Source of the DNA: a virus
Lineage: Duplodnaviria; Caudoviricetes
Direction: 5' to 3' (one strand)
Length of the DNA: 64,000 nucleotides
Virus record (IMG/VR): IMGVR_UViG_3300027533_000015
Span: 19,433-83,432 of that record
Of this stretch, positions 1 to 6,653 are shown in pieces. Numbering within the stretch: position 1 is the stretch's first letter; the number at the start of each line of letters is the position of its first letter. The position numbers and the translations under genes are program-made. The notes beneath the pieces are model-generated. The model was not told the DNA's origin and ran no database searches. It saw only the letters and a program-made list of their open reading frames with translations.

Positions 1-54
1 ATGCAGGGTATAACCTAAGCTTGTTCTTTTCATGAGTGTTGATTGATGAGATGA

Positions 55-294
55 TTAAAATGGTAATTCTTCAATAGTTTCATAGGTATCAAAAAACATA
101 ATCTCCCATTGCCAGTCACACTCATTAAAGAGGAGTTGATAATGAGCTGGCTTGGTGATTAATTCTTCATAATCCGGATAATCTAACAGAGATGGCTCAG
201 CCTCTTCATTATGATGGGTATTTACCCATAATGTGATGTGAAATAGAACAGGATTTAGAGTGTTGTTACAATAAAGACGTTTTAACTTTGTCAT
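55..294 (-). CDS. hypothetical early-region protein (79 aa)
   Basis: ORF with an A/T-rich Bacteroidota-type leader (CCTAATTTTAATCAAATG); acidic C-terminus EELPF; no family recognised. Confidence 0.6.
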   Translation of the reverse strand: MTKLKRLYCNNTLNPVLFHITLWVNTHHNEEAEPSLLDYPDYEELITKPAHYQLLFNECDWQWEIMFFDTYETIEELPF

Positions 295-921
295 TTGATT
301 AAAATTAGGGGTGATTTGGGAATTAAAGGCTATTACAAATTAGTTAATGCGTGATTTGATAGTTTTTAGAATGCCAAGATGACATATACTATGATACTAA
401 GCAAGTTAGCTATGCTTTTAGTCCTCAAATAGCTCTGTATTTGCCTCATTTTAGAGCATTAACTTGCAATTTGCTTATGTCTTCAGGAATTAGTGGGGGT
501 TGATAGGGAGTGGACTGATTGTCAATTAGTTATAGAGCTAATTAAGGCACTAATTAACAGCATTTTTAGCCAATTCTTTGCCAATTTGTCAGTTATTTTA
601 ATTGATTCAGATCAATATTGGAATGGCCTTTCCATCAGTTCCCAAAAAAAGGGATACTTTAACATTCTATTAACAATAATTCCAATTTCTCCAGCCTTTA
701 ATGACGCTTATTGGCTATTCCCAATTATTCCCGTATTCAATTTCAAAAAAAGCAATTCCCCCCCACACCCCCTATTTATATATATAATAGTTTATATAAT
801 TATAATAGAATAGTATAGAGAGTTTTGTATATAATTATAAGATAATTCTAATATAATTATAAGCGGGTTGCTGTGGTGGGGAGGGAGAGTGTATAAGTGG
901 TGAGGGAGAGTGTTAGTAACT

Positions 922-953
922 GTAAGTTAGTGTATTTTTCTGACATTTCCAAA
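922..953 (-). promoter_or_regulatory. candidate Bacteroidota sigma-A promoter
   Basis: Minus strand reads TTTG-N20-TAACTTAC, close to the TTTG-N19-21-TAnnTTTG consensus; shares TTTGGAAAT context with the 8174 promoter. Confidence 0.45.
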
Positions 954-1002
954 TTTATTTTTATACTCCCAGAATCGGATTCCTTTAGCAATGAAAGGAC
1001 AG

Positions 1003-1033
1003 AAAAAAAAAGTACACCATAAGTTTGGTGTAC
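1003..1033 (-). terminator. intrinsic terminator ending the leftward early operon
   Basis: GTACACCA-aactta-TGGTGTAC followed by T9 on the minus strand, ~40 nt after the stop at 1071. Confidence 0.8.
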
Positions 1034-1070
1034 TTGTACTGAAATTAGTGGGGGTTTAATAGAATGTGGA

Positions 1071-1319
1071 TCAGTATTCTCTGAAGTCTCCCAGCTTTAG
1101 GTTCTTCTCCCATCTTCTGAGAGTGTCTTGAATCAGACCATCCTGCATATTCATCTCTAGTTCAGTGGTGAGACTAATGAAACCATTGGCAATGCTATAG
1201 ACGTTTTTACCATCTTTGCCAAGTTCTCCCATAATGTCTACCAGTCTGGTCATTTCCCTGTGCTGATCACTAAGTCTCTTCAAGGAGTTATACTCTTCCT
1301 GAGTTAGAATGTACTGCAT
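1071..1319 (-). CDS. hypothetical protein (likely start MQYILTQEEY)
   Basis: The in-frame upstream part (1320-1397) is hairpin plus leader; the ATG at 1319 follows the leader motif shared with neighbouring genes. Confidence 0.7.
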   Translation of the reverse strand: MQYILTQEEYNSLKRLSDQHREMTRLVDIMGELGKDGKNVYSIANGFISLTTELEMNMQDGLIQDTLRRWEKNLKLGDFREY

Positions 1320-1365
1320 AAATAAAAGTTTAGTATTTGAGTGAATGAATAAATGAATAATAAAA

Positions 1366-1385
1366 GCAAGGGGTCTCCCCCTTGC
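1366..1385 (-). repeat. repeated intergenic hairpin, copy 1
   Basis: TGA-TTTCTTAT-GCAAGGGG-gaga-CCCCTTGC-TTTT; same stem and flank as 1968-1988. Confidence 0.8.
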
Positions 1386-1393
1386 ATAAGAAA

Positions 1394-1876
1394 TCATTCA
1401 ACAATACCACCATCATAGGTATCTGATGGGAGTTGTTGTTCAGCAATCCATTCAATGTACTGCTGATCCAGACCCTCCTCTGCCCAATCATCCTGCTGCA
1501 CTCTCATCATATCTTCCTCAGATTCATGAATGAGTACAGGATTAACCACACCCTTATCACCATTAAAGAACAAGTATGTTTCAAGTTGCTCTTTAGTTGA
1601 TGAGATGTGATACACAGCACCACCTGGGAGATGGACTTCAGGGGGATTGGGATTGGTGGTATAGACATTAGCATATCCATTATCACCAAAATACTTACCA
1701 GCAAGCTGATAAGCAGAATGATAATTAGGATAAGTAGTGACCATACCACTACCATAGCTACTGACATGCACATAATACTCAAAGCCATCACTGATGTCTC
1801 TGATTTGGCAGTCAAGATCCCAAACCTGTTTTTCTAAATTGGTTTTCAGGCTAACCAAAAACTGTAATGTTTCCAT
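1394..1876 (-). CDS. hypothetical protein (160 aa)
   Basis: ORF with shared leader and acidic C-terminus; no family recognised. Confidence 0.75.
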   Translation of the reverse strand: METLQFLVSLKTNLEKQVWDLDCQIRDISDGFEYYVHVSSYGSGMVTTYPNYHSAYQLAGKYFGDNGYANVYTTNPNPPEVHLPGGAVYHISSTKEQLETYLFFNGDKGVVNPVLIHESEEDMMRVQQDDWAEEGLDQQYIEWIAEQQLPSDTYDGGIVE

Positions 1877-1904
1877 TGTAGTTAAAATTTAAGTGAATGA
1901 AGAA

Positions 1905-1960
1905 TAGTTGACCTATAAGGATTTGAACCTTACCAACTGCATCCATCATGCAATAGGTCA
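1905..1960 (-). ncRNA. anticodon-less tRNA-like element 1
   Basis: TGACCTA t TGCAT-gatgg-ATGCA gttgg TAAGG-ttcaaat-CCTTA TAGGTCA a cta. Confidence 0.8.
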
Positions 1961-1967
1961 ATGTAAA

Positions 1968-1988
1968 GCAAGGGGCCAAACCCCTTGC
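1968..1988 (-). repeat. repeated intergenic hairpin, copy 2
   Basis: TGA-TTTCTTAT-GCAAGGGG-tttgg-CCCCTTGC-TTT, immediately 5' of tRNA-like element 1. Confidence 0.8.
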
Positions 1989-1996
1989 ATAAGAAA

Positions 1997-2353
1997 TCAC
2001 AACCCTTTACCATCAGTCATGCTGAATAACCAGTCCTGATACTGTGCTCTGGCTTCCTTCTCTTCTTCAGCAAGAGTTTTAGGGTCTTCAGTACAATCCT
2101 CATCAGGCCATTGATCAGGTGCTTGCCAGCTTTCCTCAGCAACTCTCTGCATCTCATCATGCTCCTTCATAGTGATAGCTTGAGCAGCAAGGATATCCTT
2201 AATCTGCTCAGCAGTAACAGGATGAACATCAGTATAAGTCCAATCATTCATAAAGTTGTTGGAGTTTAACTGATCTACAAGAATCATTGCATCTTGTAAT
2301 GAGGGTTGTGTGCCCAGACAGTGGCCATTGCTGTCATGAATAACATAAATCAT
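1997..2353 (-). CDS. hypothetical acidic protein (118 aa)
   Basis: ORF fills the space between tRNA-like element 2 and hairpin copy 2. Confidence 0.75.
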   Translation of the reverse strand: MIYVIHDSNGHCLGTQPSLQDAMILVDQLNSNNFMNDWTYTDVHPVTAEQIKDILAAQAITMKEHDEMQRVAEESWQAPDQWPDEDCTEDPKTLAEEEKEARAQYQDWLFSMTDGKGL

Positions 2354-2382
2354 GAGTGAGAAAGTCCTGTTTTGTCAGAACT

Positions 2383-2439
2383 TAGTTGACCTATAGGGAT
2401 TCGAACCCCTCAACTTATACCCAGTGTATAAATAGGTCA
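2383..2439 (-). ncRNA. anticodon-less tRNA-like element 2
   Basis: TGACCTA tt TATAC-actgg-GTATA agttg aGGGG-ttcgaat-CCCTa TAGGTCA a cta. Confidence 0.8.
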
Positions 2440-2445
2440 AACAGA

Positions 2446-2676
2446 TTACTTGGCTAAGTAATCTTGCCAAGCTTGGCTCTTCTTCTTTTGATGGAAGAAG
2501 AATGTGGTGTAATAAGCACCACTTCTACAATCACATTCTATCCACTTGATGTCATACAATTCATAAGGCATAGTGGGGAATGCAAGAGTCTGGCCTTGGG
2601 GAATGGTTCTGATTACTGCATCAAAATCATGCATAGCTTGAGACCATTCTGTAAGAGGCAAAGCAGATAACAACAT
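2446..2676 (-). CDS. hypothetical protein (76 aa)
   Basis: ORF fills the gap between elements 3 and 2; contains a CDC motif. Confidence 0.65.
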   Translation of the reverse strand: MLLSALPLTEWSQAMHDFDAVIRTIPQGQTLAFPTMPYELYDIKWIECDCRSGAYYTTFFFHQKKKSQAWQDYLAK

Positions 2677-2708
2677 AGTAGTACAATTTAGAGGTGATTT
2701 AAATAAAA

Positions 2709-2765
2709 TAGATGGCCTATAAGGAGTCGAACCTTAATACCTGCATCCATTATGCAAATAGGCCA
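2709..2765 (-). ncRNA. anticodon-less tRNA-like element 3
   Basis: TGGCCTA tt TGCAT-aatgg-ATGCA ggtat TAAGG-ttcgact-CCTTA TAGGCCA t cta. Confidence 0.85.
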
Positions 2766-2772
2766 AACAGGT

Positions 2773-3168
2773 TTAGTTCTCCATTGAGATGATAAACCCA
2801 AAGATGTTCTGGAATTGCTCAGATGTCATATAATCATAAGCATATTCCTGACCATCAGTTGATGCATATCTAACTGATATGAATCCCCTATCATCAATAT
2901 TAATCTGCTTAATACTGATCTGAGGCATGGGATTAGGGCATTCCATACCATCACAAGTACATTCACCATCACAGGTGATGTGATTCATGTCCTTGCACAC
3001 ATGACCAGTTGGAGGTTGAGCTTGCATAGCAAACTGAGCCTTGTACCTGGGTTGTCTGTTGCCACTTCTATCAGAAGTGCAACAAGTCATTGTTGAAATG
3101 ACTGCCATCATAAATACAATCATAATTGCAGTGATGGTGTAATCCTTAGAGTGTCTCATAATTGACAA
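2773..3168 (-). CDS. putative lipoprotein with a Cys-rich motif
   Basis: Basic N-terminus and hydrophobic stretch ending TMTC-C (lipobox-like); internal HVC..HITCDGECTCDGMEC. Confidence 0.65.
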   Translation of the reverse strand: MSIMRHSKDYTITAIMIVFMMAVISTMTCCTSDRSGNRQPRYKAQFAMQAQPPTGHVCKDMNHITCDGECTCDGMECPNPMPQISIKQINIDDRGFISVRYASTDGQEYAYDYMTSEQFQNIFGFIISMEN

Positions 3169-3196
3169 AATTTAGAGTGAATGAAGAAATGAAGAA

Positions 3197-3256
3197 TAGT
3201 TAATCTGTTAGGAGTCGAACCTAATAAGTTGTGATGCACCCAATGTGCACAGATTA
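3197..3256 (-). ncRNA. anticodon-less tRNA-like element 4
   Basis: TAATCTG TGCAC-attgg-GTGCA tcacaactta TTAGG-ttcgact-CCTAA CAGATTA a cta. Confidence 0.8.
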
Positions 3257-3267
3257 AGATGATTAAG

Positions 3268-3296
3268 AATAGGGGAGGAATTGCACCTCCCCTATT
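3268..3296 (-). other. 11-bp hairpin with a T-loop-like heptaloop
   Basis: AATAGGGGAGG-tgcaatt-CCTCCCCTATT just after the stop at 3313. Confidence 0.7.
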
Positions 3297-3312
3297 GTAA
3301 TCGCTGGTCAAC

Positions 3313-3594
3313 TTACAGCGTGCCCAATAACTGTATTGGAGTGATGATGACGATCCTTGTATAAGGCAGCTTATCTGGATCAGTAGGAGTTACCTGACTG
3401 ACCTTGTAGGCCAACTTATCGAAGTCTCTGTCTTTCACAATGAGGGCATAAACGTCCTCATGCATGGTAACCCTTGTCCTTGTAGTGTCTTCCCAATGGG
3501 AGACCCAAGGTTGAGGCACATTCTGCTCATCTAATTGACGAGCAATGTTAAGAACTGGGATACCAATAGCTGATTTGACCTGGGAAATGTTCAT
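3313..3594 (-). CDS. hypothetical protein, first gene of the leftward operon (likely start MNISQVK)
   Basis: ORF; the ATG at 3594 has an A/T-rich leader, and the upstream in-frame part overlaps the repeated regulatory motif. Confidence 0.7.
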   Translation of the reverse strand: MNISQVKSAIGIPVLNIARQLDEQNVPQPWVSHWEDTTRTRVTMHEDVYALIVKDRDFDKLAYKVSQVTPTDPDKLPYTRIVIITPIQLLGTL

Positions 3595-4028
3595 AATAAT
3601 GACATTTAAATTGTTAAAGAAATGATGATACCAAAACTTAATGGGGGTTGATAGGTAATCATGCATGTACCATGTAGTGACAAGGTCACTTTGTTGTGGT
3701 GGTACAACACAGTTAAGAGATGATGATACAATGAGTGTAGCTTGATGGATAGTAGTGATGTGGCATGAGCCACAGGGTGTACAGCATAGTGTGCTGCTAC
3801 ACGTAGTGTGTTACTACTATATATTAGCCGGCCTCAGGAATAGTGCCTGTGCCTGATGGCGGGGGACACTTTCTTCCAAAGATTGATGGGGGTTGTTAGC
3901 TTAGGTGGTTCACACCCTCTCACTCCCCCCAAAAAAAATCTGAACTTGGATCACACCTTCTCTCCTACTCTAAAATTTTTTTATACTCATCTTAATACCA
4001 AAAAAAATTTTAAGTGTCTCATTGGCCT

Positions 4029-4036
4029 TACCTTTG
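4029..4036 (+). promoter_or_regulatory. candidate Bacteroidota -7 promoter box (TACCTTTG)
   Basis: Exact TAnnTTTG match upstream of the first rightward gene; -33 box is weak. Confidence 0.4.
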
Positions 4037-4175
4037 TCTCTCTTATCATCTGGTTGGTGATAAAGTTTTCATTTTTCGTAGTATATGTTTTTTTAAAATT
4101 GGTTCACCCTCTGTTTCTACAGGGGGTTTCCTTATACCCTCCCTTTTATCTATCTTTAACCTTATTTCATCTACT

Positions 4176-4427
4176 ATGCCTGATGATTTCAGAAATTGGA
4201 ACACGATTAATACAATGGTCTACAGGATGTGGGATCAGTTCATCAAAAATCCTAACTCCAACCAGATCATAGGCTCTAACCTCACCCCTCCTCTTACCAA
4301 TGAGAACATTCAGGCTGCAGCCAGCCCTCTTTACTACATCTTAGGTGACGGAGTTAAGAAAATTACCATGTCTTCCTCTCCTCCCTCCAGCCCTGAACCC
4401 GGAGATATCTGGATTGATACCTCTTAA
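4176..4427 (+). CDS. small fibre-associated protein (likely start MPDDFRNW)
   Basis: C-terminal ITMSSSPPSSPEPGDIWIDTS resembles a common phage fibre motif. Confidence 0.6.
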   Translation: MPDDFRNWNTINTMVYRMWDQFIKNPNSNQIIGSNLTPPLTNENIQAAASPLYYILGDGVKKITMSSSPPSSPEPGDIWIDTS

Positions 4428-4517
4428 GTCTCACCTCCTCCTCACCCCTACTCAGGTTTACCCTGAAGTGGCTTAGTTACAATTACCACTCATCTACTAA
4501 TACTTAAATAATCTCTC

Positions 4518-5105
4518 ATGAACTCAGAAAAACTTAATATCAATGACAGCTTCAACGCTAATACCATCAAATCTCCCACTCTCCCCATTGATCACCTTGG
4601 TCTTAAGGGAAAATATCACTTCCAGTGCTTTGATTGTCATGGAAATCTCAAATGGGAGGACACTATTGATAACCTCGTTGTCAATGTTGGAAAGAATCTC
4701 ACCCTTGATACAATCATGGCAGGTGCAGCATACACAGTAACAGGCCCTTTCATGGGACTTGTCTCCTCTGTTGGCTATTCTGCTATAGTTGCAGGTGATA
4801 CAATGGCTTCACATGCTGGTTGGACTGAAGCTGGACTGGCCAATGCCCCAACTTACACAGCCCCCAGAAAGACTGTTGTCTTTAATGCTGCTTCTGCTGG
4901 CTCAAAAACCACTACTGCAGCCTTGTCTTTTGCCATTACTGGTGCCGGCACTGTAAAAGGAGCTTTTATTGTCTTAGGTACTGGTGCAGTCTCTACCATT
5001 GACAACACTGCTGGAGTTCTCTTCAGCTCTGGTCTCTTCACAGGTGGTGACAGGCCAGTAGTCAACACTGATACTCTTAATGTAGCCTATACAGTTTCAG
5101 CTTAA
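4518..5105 (+). CDS. putative virion/tail-associated beta-rich protein (195 aa)
   Basis: A/G/T-rich; WEDTIDNLVVNVG...DTLNVAYTV pattern typical of phage tail-associated proteins. Confidence 0.7.
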   Translation: MNSEKLNINDSFNANTIKSPTLPIDHLGLKGKYHFQCFDCHGNLKWEDTIDNLVVNVGKNLTLDTIMAGAAYTVTGPFMGLVSSVGYSAIVAGDTMASHAGWTEAGLANAPTYTAPRKTVVFNAASAGSKTTTAALSFAITGAGTVKGAFIVLGTGAVSTIDNTAGVLFSSGLFTGGDRPVVNTDTLNVAYTVSA

Positions 5106-5122
5106 ACCCCCCTCCTCCTGCC

Positions 5123-6313
5123 ATGCCCAGAAGATTAGAGATGGTGATATCACAGAATGGAGCTGCTACCGGAAGAAATCAGGGAGCATGCACTTATTAT
5201 CTTATCCAGACTCCCACTGGTGTACTGTACTATGTCTACATTGATGCTGCTGCGGATATAAGCTTCAAAAAGTCACTGGATGGAGGATTTACATGGTCAG
5301 TTGGTACAGTTGTTTATACAGGTACAGCTTTTAACCTGTCTGTCTGGTATGATAAATGGTCAGGACTGTCCTCTGGTCTTATTCATTGTTCTTTCGTGGA
5401 AACAGTAGGGCATGATTGTCTTTATCGCACTATAGACACTGACTCTTCAGATACTCTCTCAACTACTTCTACTGTTATCTTTGCAGGAACTTCAGCAGTA
5501 CTGGCAGGAAGCTTCATGAGCATTACCCGTAGCAGGGGAGGAAATGTATATTGCAGGACTCAGATAGATAATGGCACTGAAGGAGGTTTCTTCAGGCTTA
5601 CTAATGCCAATGTCCCAAATGGTGTATGGGATACCAGAACAATCAATGAAGCTGCTGCAACCACAGATATGATGATTCTTATGCCGGGTTTTGCCACTGA
5701 TAACAATGACATTATCGGCATATTCTGGGATATCTCGACTAATGAAGTTAGCCGCCAGCTTTATGATGACTCAGCTAACACTTGGGCTGAAACTTTAATT
5801 TCTGCTTCAATGGCTGATAGTCCTGCATCTGTAGCCTTCTCTAACTTTTCAGCAGTGCCAGACCTTACTAATTCCCGTATTATTCTAACAGCATGGAATG
5901 GGGTTGACACTCTCAATGCTGACTTACAGGCATGGATAATTACTGAGACAGCTATCACTGCCCTCACTAATGTTGTCAACAACTCAGTGGATGATCAGGG
6001 ATTATGTGCTATAACCCTTGACCTTGTCACTAACTACTGGTATGTCTTCTATGCTGGTAAATCTGATGGCTCTGAGACATGGCCTACATCAATGAATATG
6101 TATTATAAGGTTTCAACAGATGCAGGAACAACCTGGGGAGCTGAGACTCTTATGACAAACCAGCTATATAATCTTACAGGAATATACACTATTCCAAGAT
6201 TGTACATTAAGCCTAACCCCATCATACTTTCAATAGATGCAAATGCTGATGAATACAGGATATCAGTGGACATAACTAAACCAAGAGCAAGATTGCAATT
6301 AGGTATTACATAA
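5123..6313 (+). CDS. BNR/Asp-box (sialidase-like) beta-propeller protein
   Basis: Asp-box motifs KSLDGGFTW and VSTDAGTTW; 396 aa. Confidence 0.75.
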   Translation: MPRRLEMVISQNGAATGRNQGACTYYLIQTPTGVLYYVYIDAAADISFKKSLDGGFTWSVGTVVYTGTAFNLSVWYDKWSGLSSGLIHCSFVETVGHDCLYRTIDTDSSDTLSTTSTVIFAGTSAVLAGSFMSITRSRGGNVYCRTQIDNGTEGGFFRLTNANVPNGVWDTRTINEAAATTDMMILMPGFATDNNDIIGIFWDISTNEVSRQLYDDSANTWAETLISASMADSPASVAFSNFSAVPDLTNSRIILTAWNGVDTLNADLQAWIITETAITALTNVVNNSVDDQGLCAITLDLVTNYWYVFYAGKSDGSETWPTSMNMYYKVSTDAGTTWGAETLMTNQLYNLTGIYTIPRLYIKPNPIILSIDANADEYRISVDITKPRARLQLGIT

Positions 6314-6332
6314 CTCCTTAATAATCAAGCAT

Positions 6333-6647
6333 ATGAGTGCGCCTTTTAACCCGCCAAAAAAGAATGAGGACTTTCAAATAAGAATCTCTCTTGAGGATTA
6401 TGCCACTGGTGGAGACTTTAAATCCAGTCCTACTATTGCTGCTGGTGATTTCAAAGTCTCCATTGATGGTGGTGCTCTTACTGATCTTGCTACCCTGCCC
6501 ACTGTCAGTCCTGCAGCTTCCATATTAGTTCTGCTCACCTTATCTGCCTCTGAAATGAATGGTGATGTTATAACAGTGGTAGCTATAGACCAGACCTCTC
6601 CCAAAGAATGGGCTGATTTTGTTCTTAGCATTCCTACTACAACATAA
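6333..6647 (+). CDS. small beta-sandwich-like virion accessory protein
   Basis: 104-aa ORF packed in the module; alternating beta-strand pattern. Confidence 0.6.
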   Translation: MSAPFNPPKKNEDFQIRISLEDYATGGDFKSSPTIAAGDFKVSIDGGALTDLATLPTVSPAASILVLLTLSASEMNGDVITVVAIDQTSPKEWADFVLSIPTTT

Positions 6648-6653
6648 TCATAA

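Noticed and set aside
493-813. 106-aa + strand ORF, and the similar ORF 3856-4272
   Set aside because: Low-complexity translations of regulatory or AT-rich DNA with no plausible leader.
1905-3256. tRNA-like elements as functional tRNAs, decayed tRNA pseudogenes or attP remnants
   Set aside because: All lack the anticodon arm in the same way and keep compensatory pairing. attP remnants normally copy only a tRNA 3' part, and no integrase is present in the window.
1361-3296. CRISPR array or integron cassette array
   Set aside because: The repeats are not identical, the intervening sequences are whole genes of 230-480 nt, and there are no cas or intI genes or attC core sites.
3268-3296. Cobalamin riboswitch (GGTGCAATTCC resembles its T-loop segment)
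   Set aside because: The segment is closed in a perfect 11-bp hairpin and the rest of the riboswitch core is missing.
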